This document shows, piece after piece, positions 7,825-18,320 of a stretch of 64,000 nt of DNA. The notes under the pieces were generated by a model. That model was given only the letters and a program-made list of their open reading frames with translations. It ran no database searches and was not told where the DNA came from. Location: contig JAGCNL010000053.1 in the NCBI GenBank assembly GCA_017645945.1, positions 7,816-71,815 on the forward strand, read 5' to 3'. Each line of letters starts with the position of its first letter. The first letter of the stretch is position 1. Both the position numbers and the translations under genes were made by a program. This DNA is from Salinivirgaceae bacterium. GTDB lineage: Bacteria; Bacteroidota; Bacteroidia; Bacteroidales; SZUA-534.

Positions 7825-10089
7825 ATGCTTTTTGATTATGAGATGATTGCGCAATTCTACAACGAATTGCCCGCAAAAGTGGCCGAAGCCCGCAAGCTGT
7901 TAGGCCGACCATTGACTTTGAGTGAGAAAATCCTATACGCGCATCTGTCGCCTGAGGCCGAAGTCCGCAAATATACGCGGGGTGCCGACTACGCGCTGTT
8001 TGCGCCCAACCGCGTGGCTATGCAGGACGCTACCGCGCAAATGGCTCTTCTTCAGTTCATCAATGCTGGCAAAAGCCGCACAATGGTGCCTTCAACTGTG
8101 CACTGCGACCACTTGATTCAGGCCAACGTGGGAGCCGAGAAAGACCTTGCCGTGGCTAACGAACAGAACAAGGAGGTTTACAGCTTCCTGCACGACGTGG
8201 CCGCCAAATACGGCATCGGATTCTGGAAACCTGGAGCTGGCATCATCCATCAGGTGTTGCTTGAGAACTACGCTTTCCCTGGCGGAATGATGATTGGCAC
8301 CGACTCGCACACCGTCAACGCAGGCGGTTTGGGTATGGTGGCCATTGGTGTTGGCGGCGCCGACGCTGTCGACGTTATGGTTGGTCTGCCGTGGGAGCTG
8401 AAAATGCCGAAGCTTATCGGTATCAAACTCACTGGCAAACTCAACGGTTGGGCATCGCCGAAGGACATTATTCTGAAGGTGGCTGGACTGCTCACCGTCA
8501 AAGGCGGAACTGGCTGCATTGTTGAGTATTTCGGCGAGGGCGCGGCAACATTGTCGGCCACTGGCAAAGGCACCATTTGTAATATGGGCGCCGAAATCGG
8601 GGCAACCACTTCAATCTTCGCCTTCGACAAGAAAATGCACGAATACCTTTGCGCCACTGGCCGCGAGAAGATTGCCGCACTGGCCGAGAAGAACGCCGCC
8701 AATCTGGCAAGCGACCCCGAGGTTTACGCCAATCCCGAGAATTTCTACGACCAAATCATCGATATAAATCTTTCAGAAATAGAGCCTTACGTGAACGGAC
8801 CGTTCTCGCCCGACCTTGCAACGCCAATTTCGCAGTTTGCCGATTACATCCGCAAAAACAACTATCCCGAGAAAATGGAAGTTGGTTTGATTGGCTCGTG
8901 CACCAACTCGTCGTACGAGGATTTGGACCGCGCCGCATCGGTGGCTCGTCAGGCTAAAGAGAAGAATATCAAGGTAAAAGCGGAGTTTATTGTAAGTCCT
9001 GGTTCAACACAGGTGAAGAAAACCACCGACCGCGACGGTCAGATTGCCGCCTTCAAGGAGATTGGCGCGCTTGTTATGGCCAACGCCTGCGGCCCGTGCA
9101 TTGGTCAGTGGGCACGCCACACCGCCGACCCAACGGCCAAGAACAGTATCATCCACTCGTTCAACCGCAACTTTGCCAAACGTACCGACGGCAACCCCAA
9201 CACCCACGGGTTTGTGGCTTCGCCCGAGCTGGTTACGGCAATGGCAATTTCGGGTTCAATGCTGTTCAACCCGTTGAAAGACAAACTTATGACCGAAGAC
9301 GGCCGCGAGGTTATGCTTGACGCGCCTGTAGGTGACGAACTGCCTGCAAACGGCTTCGTTACCGACCCCGACGGCTTTATTGCACCGCCTGCCGACGGTT
9401 CGGGCATCGTTATTAAGGTGGACCCGAACAGCGAGCGTCTGCAACTGCTTGAGCCGTTTGCCGAGTGGGACGGCAAGGATTTTGATAACTTGCAACTGCT
9501 CATCAAGGCCAAAGGCAAATGCACAACCGACCATATCAGTATGGCTGGCAAGTGGCTGCGCTTTCGCGGACATCTCGACAACATCAGCAACAACCTTCTG
9601 ATTGGCGCCATCAACGCGTTCAACGGCGAGGCTAACAAGGTGCTCGACACCGCAAGCGGCAACTACACCGCCGTTCCCGACCTTGCTCGCTCGTACAAGG
9701 CACGCGGTCTGCGCAGCATCATCATCGGTGACGAGAACTACGGTGAGGGTTCGAGCCGTGAGCACGCTGCTATGGAGCCGCGTCATTTGGGTGTGAACGT
9801 GGTGCTGGCAAAATCGTTCGCTCGCATCCACGAGACCAACCTTAAGAAACAGGGTATGCTGGCGCTCACTTTCGCCGACAAGGCCGATTATGACCGCATC
9901 CGCGAGAACGACACCTTCGCCATCAGCGGCCTGACAACCTTCAGCGCGGGCGTGCCATTGAAAATGACCATCCGCCACGCCGACGGAACATCGGAGCAAA
10001 TAACTGTAAATCATACTTATAACGCTGCACAGATTGAGTGGTTCAAGTTGGGCGGCGCATTGAATCAAATTCGTAAACAATCAAAATAA
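7825..10089 (+). CDS. acnA: aconitate hydratase (mitochondrial-type aconitase)
   Basis: 754 aa ORF with aconitase Fe-S cluster motifs ([24 protein letters not shown]). Followed by icd and citrate synthase, as in the Bacteroides fragilis operon. Confidence 0.93.
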   Translation: MLFDYEMIAQFYNELPAKVAEARKLLGRPLTLSEKILYAHLSPEAEVRKYTRGADYALFAPNRVAMQDATAQMALLQFINAGKSRTMVPSTVHCDHLIQANVGAEKDLAVANEQNKEVYSFLHDVAAKYGIGFWKPGAGIIHQVLLENYAFPGGMMIGTDSHTVNAGGLGMVAIGVGGADAVDVMVGLPWELKMPKLIGIKLTGKLNGWASPKDIILKVAGLLTVKGGTGCIVEYFGEGAATLSATGKGTICNMGAEIGATTSIFAFDKKMHEYLCATGREKIAALAEKNAANLASDPEVYANPENFYDQIIDINLSEIEPYVNGPFSPDLATPISQFADYIRKNNYPEKMEVGLIGSCTNSSYEDLDRAASVARQAKEKNIKVKAEFIVSPGSTQVKKTTDRDGQIAAFKEIGALVMANACGPCIGQWARHTADPTAKNSIIHSFNRNFAKRTDGNPNTHGFVASPELVTAMAISGSMLFNPLKDKLMTEDGREVMLDAPVGDELPANGFVTDPDGFIAPPADGSGIVIKVDPNSERLQLLEPFAEWDGKDFDNLQLLIKAKGKCTTDHISMAGKWLRFRGHLDNISNNLLIGAINAFNGEANKVLDTASGNYTAVPDLARSYKARGLRSIIIGDENYGEGSSREHAAMEPRHLGVNVVLAKSFARIHETNLKKQGMLALTFADKADYDRIRENDTFAISGLTTFSAGVPLKMTIRHADGTSEQITVNHTYNAAQIEWFKLGGALNQIRKQSK

Positions 10090-10099
10090 ATTGAATATT

Positions 10100-11362
10100 A
10101 TGGCAGAGAAAATCACAATCAGCAATGGTAAACTCAACGTTCCTAACAACCCCGTAATCCCCTTCATTGAGGGCGACGGAATCGGCCGCGACATCTGGCC
10201 TGCATCGCAAAAAGTAATGGACGCGGCTGTGGAGAAATACTACGGCGGCAAGCGCAAAATTGAGTGGAAAGAGGTTCTGGCTGGCGAGAAAGCCTTCAAC
10301 GCCACTGGCAGTTGGCTTCCCGACGAGACTCTGGACGCTTTCCGCGAATATCTGGTAGGCATCAAGGGCCCGCTGACAACCCCGATTGGCGGCGGCATCC
10401 GCTCGCTCAACGTGGCTCTGCGTCAGACTCTCGACCTTTACGTATGCCTGCGCCCCGTGCAGTATTACGAGGGCACGCCGTCGCCTGTGAAGCGCCCCGA
10501 GTTGGTTGATATGTGCATCTTCCGCGAGAACACCGAGGATATTTACGCTGGCATTGAATATATGAACGGCACGCCTGAAAACTTGAAAATCAAGAAGTTC
10601 CTGATTGAGGAAATGGGCGTTAAGAAGATTCGCTTCCCCGAGTCGTCGAGCATCGGCATCAAGCCTGTGAGTCAGGAAGGCACGGAGCGCCTTGTCCGCG
10701 CGGCCATTCAGTACGCCATCGACCACAAGAAACCGTCGGTTACGTTTGTGCACAAGGGCAACATTATGAAGTTCACCGAGGGCGCGTTCAAGATTTGGGG
10801 CTACGAACTGGCCGAGCGCGAGTTCGCCGACAAGGTTTACACCTGGAACCAATGGGAGGCTCGCAAGAAGGAAGTTGGCGAGGAGACAGCCAACGCCGAA
10901 ATGGACGCAGCCGCAAAATCGGGCAAAATCATCATAAAAGATTGTATTGCAGACGCTTTCCTGCAGCAAATTCTGACCCGTCCCGCCGAGTATTCGGTCA
11001 TCGCCACTCTGAACCTTAACGGCGATTACATTTCTGACGCTCTGGCAGCGTGCGTGGGAGGTATCGGCATCGCACCTGGCGCCAACATCAACTATCAGAG
11101 CGGTTTCGCCATTTTCGAGGCTACACACGGAACAGCGCCGAAATACACTGGCAAGAACGTGTCGAACCCTGGCTCGTTGCTGCTTTCGGGCGCAATGATG
11201 CTCGACTATATGGGCTGGACCGAGGCCGCCGACGGCATCCGCAAGGCTATGAGCAAAACCATCTCGCAGAAAACCGTAACCTACGACCTGCACCGAATGA
11301 TGGAAGGCGCCACAAAACTCTCGACATCGGAGTTCGCTGACGCCTTAATCAAGAATCTTTAG
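10100..11362 (+). CDS. icd: NADP-dependent isocitrate dehydrogenase
   Basis: The ORF track starts at a TTG at 10091. The ATG at 10100 ([12 protein letters not shown]) is more likely. Typical Icd sequence ([23 protein letters not shown]). Confidence 0.93.
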   Translation: MAEKITISNGKLNVPNNPVIPFIEGDGIGRDIWPASQKVMDAAVEKYYGGKRKIEWKEVLAGEKAFNATGSWLPDETLDAFREYLVGIKGPLTTPIGGGIRSLNVALRQTLDLYVCLRPVQYYEGTPSPVKRPELVDMCIFRENTEDIYAGIEYMNGTPENLKIKKFLIEEMGVKKIRFPESSSIGIKPVSQEGTERLVRAAIQYAIDHKKPSVTFVHKGNIMKFTEGAFKIWGYELAEREFADKVYTWNQWEARKKEVGEETANAEMDAAAKSGKIIIKDCIADAFLQQILTRPAEYSVIATLNLNGDYISDALAACVGGIGIAPGANINYQSGFAIFEATHGTAPKYTGKNVSNPGSLLLSGAMMLDYMGWTEAADGIRKAMSKTISQKTVTYDLHRMMEGATKLSTSEFADALIKNL

Positions 11363-11505
11363 TTAGGATTTAGGATTTAGGAATTAGGAGGTAGGATTTA
11401 GGGGGATTGAATTACGAATTATGAATTACGACTACGGTCTGTTGTCTGAAGTCCGAAGTCCAAAAATCCGATTCACCGATTCAACAAAGGAATAAACGAT
11501 TAAAC
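11363..11505. repeat. heptad-periodic word array (icd-citrate synthase spacer)
   Basis: Starts immediately after the icd stop: ttaggat ttaggat ttaggaa ttaggag gtaggat ttagggg gattgaa ttacgaa ttatgaa ttacgac tacggtc tgttgtc tgaagtc cgaagtc. These 14 heptads are in register (11363-11460). Then ccgattca ccgattca and A-rich aaac words. Confidence 0.85.
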
Positions 11506-11516
11506 AAGAAAAAGTA

Positions 11517-12860
11517 ATGGAGAATTTCATATCTGACGTTTCAAGATTAGTAAACCAATCGTGCCAGATTGACAAGGATTTGTTCGACAAGTACAACGTT
11601 AAGCGTGGCCTGCGCAATTCCGACGGTTCGGGTGTGCTGGTTGGCTTGACAAGCATTGGCGACGTTGTAGGTTATCGCCGTGAGGGCGACACGCTGATTC
11701 CAACCGAAGGCGACCTGCGCTACCGCGGATTTCCAATCCGTGAGTTGGTGAGGGGCTTCCAGAGCGAAAACCGCCCGGGCTTTGAGGAGACAACCTTCCT
11801 GCTGCTTACCGGCAAACTGCCCACATCGCTGCAATTGGCCGAAATGACAACCCATCTGGCCAGCAAGCGCGATTTGGACGACTCGTTCATCAATATGATT
11901 CTTTCATTGCGTGGCCGCGATTTGATGAATATGCTGTCGCGTTCGGTGCTGATTCTCTACACGCTGGACGATACAGCCGAGGATTATTCGCTGCCGAGCC
12001 TTGTTAAGCAGTCGCTCAACCTGATTGCCAAGCTGCCGATTATCGTAGCTTACTCATATCAGGGAATGCGTCACGCGTTCTATCGCAAATCGCTGGTAAT
12101 CAGACACCCGCAGGCTAATCTGTCGGCGGCTGAGAACTTCCTGTATCTGCTTAAGGGCAACAAATACACGCCGCTTGAGGCCGAGATTCTCGACCTTATG
12201 ATGATTCTGCACGCAGAGCACGGCGGTGGTAACAACTCAACGTTCACAATGCGCCTTGTGTCGTCGGCAATGACCGACACTTATTCGGCCACAGCCGCAG
12301 CAATCGGCTCGCTGAAAGGCCGTCTGCACGGTGGCGCAAACCTTCAAGTGCTCGAGATGATGACTAACATCAAGAAGAACGTGAAGAACTGGAACGACAA
12401 GGAGGAGATTAAGTCATATCTGATGAAGATTCTGCGCAAAGAGGCTTACGACCGCTCAGGCAAGATTTACGGCATTGGACACGCCGTTTACACGCTGTCG
12501 GACCCGCGTGCTCAACTGCTGAAAACAAAAGCAATAGAGCTTGCTAAGGCGAAAGGGTTGGAGGCTGAGCTGCAGTTGTACCTGAACATTGAGGAGCTGG
12601 CGCCCAAAGCGCTTGCCGAATACAAGAACGGCAACGTTAAGCCAGTCTGCGCCAATGTGGATTTCTTCAGCGGCTTTGTTTACGAGGCCATCGAGATTCC
12701 GCACGAGCTGTTTACGCCAATGTTCGCCATCGCACGTATGTCGGGCTGGGCAGCGCACCGCCTTGAGGAGATGACCTTCACATCGCGCCGAATCATCCGT
12801 CCGGCTTACAAGAACATCCTGCAAAACGAGTACCATTACGTACCGCTGCAAGATAGATAA
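11517..12860 (+). CDS. gltA: citrate synthase
   Basis: 447 aa ORF with the citrate synthase signature HAEHGGGNNSTF and GHAVY. Third gene of the acn-icd operon. Confidence 0.9.
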   Translation: MENFISDVSRLVNQSCQIDKDLFDKYNVKRGLRNSDGSGVLVGLTSIGDVVGYRREGDTLIPTEGDLRYRGFPIRELVRGFQSENRPGFEETTFLLLTGKLPTSLQLAEMTTHLASKRDLDDSFINMILSLRGRDLMNMLSRSVLILYTLDDTAEDYSLPSLVKQSLNLIAKLPIIVAYSYQGMRHAFYRKSLVIRHPQANLSAAENFLYLLKGNKYTPLEAEILDLMMILHAEHGGGNNSTFTMRLVSSAMTDTYSATAAAIGSLKGRLHGGANLQVLEMMTNIKKNVKNWNDKEEIKSYLMKILRKEAYDRSGKIYGIGHAVYTLSDPRAQLLKTKAIELAKAKGLEAELQLYLNIEELAPKALAEYKNGNVKPVCANVDFFSGFVYEAIEIPHELFTPMFAIARMSGWAAHRLEEMTFTSRRIIRPAYKNILQNEYHYVPLQDR

Positions 12861-12926
12861 ATGATTGATTTACAGATAGATATGAATATTTTTGTAAATT
12901 ATTGATTTACAAGCAATTAGATAAAG

Positions 12927-12956
12927 AGCGAAGTCGGATAGGGGCTTCGCTTTTTT
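12927..12956 (+). terminator. intrinsic terminator after citrate synthase
   Basis: AGCGAAG-tcggatagggg-CTTCGCT followed by T6. Confidence 0.7.
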
Positions 12957-13647
12957 ATTTAGGTAAACTGATTGAAGCGGCTGACAATCAGGGGAGTATT
13001 TAATTCAGGAAATGGTGCCAGCATTAGCAACGATGCGTTAAGCGATTCAATTCTGTTGATTGTAATCATACAATGCAGCTGTCAATTCATTTTTCAGCTG
13101 AAATGTAGAATTTTCTTTGTGTGCCATAAATGCATGAGCCATTGGTCAGAATGCGGCGCGTAAATCGTCTGAGATTTTGATTTTTCGCATACATCAAGAC
13201 CATTGTACGATTCAGGCGCAAAATTCGAGGATTTCGGTGATTTGTGTGAGAAACGTATTTCCATAGAATTATCGTGCTCAATATGCGCCAGAATTCAATA
13301 TTTGCGAATTGTTCCGGTAATCTGTCCAGATATTTGATTCTTAGCGCGTTTTTTTGAATTTTTTCAGAGTTTTTTTGCTGGTGGGGAGTATTTTCATATA
13401 TCCTATTTAACATAATATAAATTATCAGACAAACATAATAATCCGAAAATTACCACGGAATTCATGAAAAACACGGAAATTTCATAATTACCACGGAACG
13501 CACGGAAAACACGGAAATTTTAAATTGTGGCTAACCGATTCTTGCTGATTTATGCCGAGATTACTGTTCAACCCAATCGGCGGTTTTGAGATTTTCAATG
13601 CGCGAAAAATATACTCAATTAGCGAACCGGCGCAAAAGATTAACGGC

Positions 13648-13676
13648 AAAAAAAAAGAGCTGCCAAGTGACAGCTC
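13648..13676 (-). terminator. intrinsic terminator after the 13720-14292 gene
   Basis: Minus strand GAGCTG-tcacttgg-CAGCTC followed by T9. Confidence 0.65.
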
Positions 13677-13719
13677 ATAAAAACAGAATATGTTTTTTAT
13701 ATAGTTGGTTTGGTTGGTT

Positions 13720-14292
13720 TTAGTCTTTTCGTCCGCCCCAATCAATCGAAACGCCGAAAGCGATTGACTGATAGTTGGTTATCTCGGTTTCCCTGTTGTG
13801 TACACGTTTGTCCTGCAATAGATTGTAGCCGCACCACATGTTGAAGTGAGCCAGACGGATTCCAACAGCCGGCAGCGCGTACAGGCCGTTGACATCGCCC
13901 ACAGCATAACCCAGTTTCAGGTCGGCAAACGGAGCGTATTTGCCCATCGGCATTTCGTATCTTGCATTGAAGAAGAACGGCATTGCAAAGTCGAAATCAT
14001 CGTTGCTGTAGCACTCATAGGTATTTGAGTTATCGTCGTAAGTATTGTAATAGAAGTCATCGTTGTTGGTCACAAACTGCATTGAGGCGCCCATGCCCAA
14101 GTACAGATTGTTCGATTGTATGCCGTGAACGGTTGTGATTGCAAACCGGTCGTACGGATGAGAACTTATGCCGGAGAAGATGTTCATGCCGGCAAAACCG
14201 CGGTAACCCTCGGTTGGTGCTGCAGTAAAATCGCCTGCAAACAAGCTCAGGCTCATTGAAACTGCGAAGATTGATAACATTAACTTTTTCAT
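13720..14292 (-). CDS. small outer-membrane beta-barrel protein (porin-family-like)
   Basis: 190 aa ORF with signal peptide MKKLMLSIFAVSMSLSLFA. Alternating aromatic/Gly-rich strands. C-terminal portion IAFGVSIDWGGRKD. Function inferred from composition only. Confidence 0.5.
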   Translation of the reverse strand: MKKLMLSIFAVSMSLSLFAGDFTAAPTEGYRGFAGMNIFSGISSHPYDRFAITTVHGIQSNNLYLGMGASMQFVTNNDDFYYNTYDDNSNTYECYSNDDFDFAMPFFFNARYEMPMGKYAPFADLKLGYAVGDVNGLYALPAVGIRLAHFNMWCGYNLLQDKRVHNRETEITNYQSIAFGVSIDWGGRKD

Positions 14293-14455
14293 AATTGCAC
14301 TTTTTATTTGTTTTTCATAATTGAACTGTCTTTTGGGGCAGTTCGTAAATAAGACAATTTTGTGGGCATCTACCCTACCTCTTTCGTTGTTTTTTTTGCG
14401 GCCAATCGGTTTTTCTGTTTGTGAAACCGATGGTCGGATTTGTTGTAACCAATTG

Positions 14456-14487
14456 AAAAAGAGACCGCTCGAAAACTCGGCGGTCTC
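14456..14487 (-). terminator. intrinsic terminator after the 14524-16530 gene
   Basis: Minus strand GAGACCGC-cgagttttcga-GCGGTCTC followed by TTTTT. Confidence 0.65.
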
Positions 14488-14523
14488 ATAAATGCGAATG
14501 ACGCATTTTAATGTGAAAACAAG

Positions 14524-16530
14524 TTATAATCCTAATTTGAACACCACAATGTCAGAATCGTTATAGGTGGCACTCACCCACACTGCGTTGTCGGCGGCAG
14601 CTGCCAGACCGTTGAACGACACTGTTTTCGAGCCATCGAAAGTCTTTGTGAAGACCACCTTGCCGCTGGCGTCAATCTTTACCAGAACCATGGCGTTGCC
14701 GAAGGTGCCGCCGCTCACAACCGAGCCGTCGGGCAGAATGCGGCTCTCTTTGAAGGCGCCGTCTGTCGGAAGGTCGAACTGAGCCTCCCAGAGCTTCTTG
14801 CCGGCTGCGTCGAAGGCCACAGCATAACCTTTCGACTCCTTGGTGCCTGTATAGACGGTTTTGCCGTTCTGTATGGCTGCCGATGAGAGTTTGCATCCGT
14901 CGAGCATGTTATCCCATTTGATGTAGCCCAGCTCGTCGATTTGAGCCACCCAGCTGTCGTTGAAGGCCATGCTGCACACGTTGCCTGTGACGTCGAGCGC
15001 AAGCGATGTAACCTTCTTGCCTGGTGCGTAGGTGCGAGTCCAGAGTTTGCGGCCCTGTGCGTTGAGCTTGGTGATGAGCGGTGTTGGCAGTGCGGTGTCG
15101 CCCTCCTGCACGTAGCCGCCAAGCAGCGATTTGCCATCAGCGTAAACCACCATCGAAAGAACCTCGTTGCCCTCAAATTTGGCGTTGATTTCGTTCTTGC
15201 CCTGCGGATTCATCTTGAAGAACCACGACTGGCCGGGAACGGTGTTTTTGATGGCGTTGGTGAGACCTGCGGCGTAGAGAGAGCCTGCATTGTCGATGTA
15301 GGCAGTGCTTACGCGGTCGTCGAAATCGTTGCCTAAGATGTCGTTTTTCTGCATTTTACCTTCGGCGTCGAGCTTAATCATCCAAACATCGTCCATGTCG
15401 TCGTTGAGCGATGGTGTGTTGGCGATGACCATCAGCGAGCCGTCGGCAAATGTGGCAATTGAGCCGCCAAAGTCGCGTGCAGCCTTGTTGTCGAAGCCGC
15501 GGATGACCTTGTAGTTCTCCATCGGCAGGTCGGCAGCGATTGACTGTCCGAGAGCAGCCGATTTCAGGTTGAAGATGTCAACAAACATCTCACCCTCAGG
15601 ATATTGCGACACAAACTTGTTGTAAGCCTCGATGCTGTTGACTGATTTTGCCCAGTCGAAGAGCAGCTGGCGTTTCAGCAGTTTGGCCTCGGGCATCTTG
15701 GGCGAGTTCGGATATTGCTCCATAAACTGCTCAATGGCGTCGAGAGTGTGCTTCTGTGCGGCCTCGTCGAATGCCAGAATGCCTAATTTCTTCTTGGCCT
15801 CCTCATACTGCACGGCATCAGGATAGTTGTCCACAAACTGCTTGTAGGCGGCGAACGTGTTGGCTTCAACTGTCTGCTTGTAAGCCAGTGCGTTACGCTC
15901 CTCTTTGGCGATTATTGTCTGTGCTGCGTCGGGATATTTGTTCAGGAAATAGTTGAACGCATCAACCGTGCCGGCATTCTCAGCCTTGCGGAACTCAATG
16001 TAGTTGCGGATATGCACCACATTGTTGTAGTATTTCGAGTCGGGGAACTCCTCGAGGAATTTTTCGGCATATTGCAGATTGTTCTCCTCGCGGACAAACT
16101 TTATCAGCTTCTCCTCCACCAAGTTACGCTCGATTTCCATGTTCTTGTCGATTGGCTTTCCGCGACGCTCGAGCTTCTGTGCCATGAAATATGTGTCGAG
16201 TACTTTCTTGTCGTCGGCTGTGAAAGTTGACACGCCTGCGTCGGCTTTCTTGAAGTGGTGCCAGCCGCGGAAATAGTCTTTCTGCGAGTAAGCGTCGTAC
16301 GAGAGCACGATGGCCATACCAAGGTTTGCCATGGCGTTGCTGGCGTCTTTGGCCAACACTTTCTCAAGCGTGGCGCGGGCTTTGTTCATATTTTCATCAA
16401 CGGCAGGCTGACGGTCTTTGGCCTTCACTCCGGCAACAATGTCCTCGAAAGCCTTTTCGGGCTTTTGCGCCATGGTCGGCAGCACCATTGCCACCGACAT
16501 CAGAAATGCGAATATAATATGCTTGTTCAT
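14524..16530 (-). CDS. secreted protein with N-terminal helical repeats and a C-terminal beta-propeller-like region
   Basis: 668 aa ORF with a signal peptide. Recurrent F(L/V/M)xxYP(D/N/E) helical repeat (FLNKYPDA, FVDNYPDA, FMEQYPNS, FVSQYPEG). The C-terminal half has repeated G(K/R)xLW motifs. Confidence 0.5.
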   Translation of the reverse strand: MNKHIIFAFLMSVAMVLPTMAQKPEKAFEDIVAGVKAKDRQPAVDENMNKARATLEKVLAKDASNAMANLGMAIVLSYDAYSQKDYFRGWHHFKKADAGVSTFTADDKKVLDTYFMAQKLERRGKPIDKNMEIERNLVEEKLIKFVREENNLQYAEKFLEEFPDSKYYNNVVHIRNYIEFRKAENAGTVDAFNYFLNKYPDAAQTIIAKEERNALAYKQTVEANTFAAYKQFVDNYPDAVQYEEAKKKLGILAFDEAAQKHTLDAIEQFMEQYPNSPKMPEAKLLKRQLLFDWAKSVNSIEAYNKFVSQYPEGEMFVDIFNLKSAALGQSIAADLPMENYKVIRGFDNKAARDFGGSIATFADGSLMVIANTPSLNDDMDDVWMIKLDAEGKMQKNDILGNDFDDRVSTAYIDNAGSLYAAGLTNAIKNTVPGQSWFFKMNPQGKNEINAKFEGNEVLSMVVYADGKSLLGGYVQEGDTALPTPLITKLNAQGRKLWTRTYAPGKKVTSLALDVTGNVCSMAFNDSWVAQIDELGYIKWDNMLDGCKLSSAAIQNGKTVYTGTKESKGYAVAFDAAGKKLWEAQFDLPTDGAFKESRILPDGSVVSGGTFGNAMVLVKIDASGKVVFTKTFDGSKTVSFNGLAAAADNAVWVSATYNDSDIVVFKLGL

Positions 16531-16541
16531 AACTATTTAGA

Positions 16542-17936
16542 TTACTTCTTTAAAACAAAAAATTCAACTCGGCGATTGTTGCTCTTGCCTTGGTCGGTCA
16601 GGTTGGTGTCGATTGGGCGGGTTTTGCCGTAGCCTTTTGCTTGCAGCATGTTGGGGCTTATCCCCTTCGATACCAAATAGTTGACAACGGCTTGTGCGCG
16701 TGCTTGACTCAGTTTCAGGTTCAGCTCGTCGGAGCCAACATTGTCAGTGTGACCGCTGATTTCAATCTGACTTACAGTGCCTTCGGCCAGGAATGCGGCA
16801 ATCTTGTCGAGCTCGGCATTCGACTGTGGCAGCAGCGTGCTCTTGCCAGTCTCGAAGAAGATGTTGTTCAGAATAAGCGCAGAGCCTTCCTCAATGTTGC
16901 GGAGGCCGTCAGTGAAGGGGTCTTCGGGGATTTCAGGCTGAACGAAAACAACCTTGCCGCTGTTGTGGCAGTTGTTCTTGTCGGAAACGGTGTAGGTGTA
17001 GGTTCCGGCCGGCAGATTGGTCAGCTTCTGCCCTGTCGCGCCATTCGACCATTTGATGCTGTATGGCGGTGTTCCGCCCGATATGCCCAGGCTGATGACG
17101 CCGTCGTCGATGATGCGCTGGATTTTGCCGGTCACAGGGTCGAGACCGCCAGTGTAGGCAGAGTCAACAATCACTGTTTCAAGACCTTTCGGCACGCAGG
17201 CGCACACCTCGCAGGTGGTCAGCGGACGAATCTCAAAATCGTCGAAGAAATAGTATGCGTATTTCTTGCCTTTCTTGTTCTGCACGTCCTTGCCGGTCAC
17301 CACGTAGTTGGTGTTCTCGTAGTTCTTGAAGTTGCCCACGGTGAAGAACATCTCGTTGCCCGATGCGGTGTAGAGCATGCAGTAGTGCTTCCACTCGTCG
17401 GTGTTGTCGAGGAACAGGCCCGACTCGTTGTTAAGCTGGCCGTTGTAGTTCAGGAAAGTGGTGTTGCCGTTGGCGATTTTCTCCTGCGAGAAGTATATGC
17501 TCAACTGGTCGACAGCGAACATTGAGCCGTTGGCCAGCTTGTACCAGAACGAAACGCAGTAAACCTCTCCCGCTTTCATCGGGCTTTTGAGCTCGCCCTG
17601 AATGTACTCGCGGTAGTCGCGGTCAGAGCCGGTCAGAATGGCGCCCATGTAGCCTTTTCCGCTGTGCGGCTGGCTGTAGCCGGCAAAGTTGTCGGGCACT
17701 TTCACGTCGCCCGTGCTGCATTTGTTGAAATAGTCGGGCGTGGTGAACGACGGGTATGTCCAGTGCGGTATCAGCCTGTGCGACTGGTCGTTGTAGATGT
17801 AGGTTTCAGGGCACTTCTCATACTGTTCGAAACTCGGGTTGTAAACCATATTGGTCTCATCTTCAACTTCTTGTGCCATAAGAAGTGCCGGACAGGCGCA
17901 CAAGATTCCGAGTAAATTGACAAATTTTTTGTTCAT
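16542..17936 (-). CDS. OmpA-family (OmpA/MotB C-terminal domain) protein with a SprB-like repeat
   Basis: C-terminus SGHTDNVGSDELNLKLSQARAQAVVNYLVSKG...NRRVEFFV is a classic OmpA_C peptidoglycan-binding domain. GGTPPYSIKWSNG resembles a SprB repeat. The probable start is MNKKFVNLLG (ATG 17934-17936), not the track start at 17963. Confidence 0.8.
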   Translation of the reverse strand: MNKKFVNLLGILCACPALLMAQEVEDETNMVYNPSFEQYEKCPETYIYNDQSHRLIPHWTYPSFTTPDYFNKCSTGDVKVPDNFAGYSQPHSGKGYMGAILTGSDRDYREYIQGELKSPMKAGEVYCVSFWYKLANGSMFAVDQLSIYFSQEKIANGNTTFLNYNGQLNNESGLFLDNTDEWKHYCMLYTASGNEMFFTVGNFKNYENTNYVVTGKDVQNKKGKKYAYYFFDDFEIRPLTTCEVCACVPKGLETVIVDSAYTGGLDPVTGKIQRIIDDGVISLGISGGTPPYSIKWSNGATGQKLTNLPAGTYTYTVSDKNNCHNSGKVVFVQPEIPEDPFTDGLRNIEEGSALILNNIFFETGKSTLLPQSNAELDKIAAFLAEGTVSQIEISGHTDNVGSDELNLKLSQARAQAVVNYLVSKGISPNMLQAKGYGKTRPIDTNLTDQGKSNNRRVEFFVLKK

Positions 17937-18065
17937 CGGTTTTTCTCTTTTATTTCGATTCAAAAATGTTCATTTCAATTCAAAAAAGTGGGGTTAAGAT
18001 ACGCAAAAAAACTATTGTGTGCTTCGCTCCCGTCCCATAAAAACTAACAATTTTGGAACAGTCAG

Positions 18066-18311
18066 TTAAAGCATTGCTTCAAGTGCGGCAACGGCAGAGG
18101 CTATGTCAGAAGAAAATGTGGAGTGCGAAAGAAGGAAATCTGTGCGGCCGTTGGCAAGCTGCGCATAAAGCTTGCTGTTCATGCTTTCCACATACGAGGC
18201 AATGGCATATTCTATCTCCTCCTTCTGCTGCGGGCTGTTGGAATACTGATAAACACGCCACTTCTGATGGAAGAAACAATAGGCCGATTCGATGCTGTGT
18301 GGGGAAAACAT
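18066..18311 (-). CDS. hypothetical small protein (81 aa)
   Basis: The track ORF starts at 18347, but its first 12 codons are read out of the heptad array. The probable start is MFSPHSIESAY (ATG 18309-18311). No family recognised. Confidence 0.45.
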   Translation of the reverse strand: MFSPHSIESAYCFFHQKWRVYQYSNSPQQKEEIEYAIASYVESMNSKLYAQLANGRTDFLLSHSTFSSDIASAVAALEAML

Positions 18312-18320
18312 TGTGAAGGC

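Noticed and set aside
7627-7912. Two minus-strand ORFs (75 and 77 aa) upstream of and overlapping the acnA start
   Set aside because: They lie in the acnA promoter and 5' UTR and overlap the acnA coding start. No motifs and no conservation signal are visible.
10043-11293. 416-aa minus-strand ORF, and similar long antisense ORFs (9256-10080, 16590-17525, 19936-20925, 34929-35624, 36325-37116, 42152-42865, 44157-45074, 50604-51626, 51814-52533, 53218-54129)
   Set aside because: Each is the mirror of a strongly supported conserved gene (icd, acnA, the OmpA-family gene, cstA, ABC-F, RNA ligase, helicase/REC, rng, secA, response regulator, histidine kinase). None has recognisable motifs. They are typical shadow ORFs.
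13087-13413. 108-aa minus-strand ORF in the AT-rich gap
   Set aside because: The product is K/R/N-rich with no recognisable domain, and AT-rich DNA readily gives such ORFs. I kept the region as an unassigned-region finding rather than a CDS.
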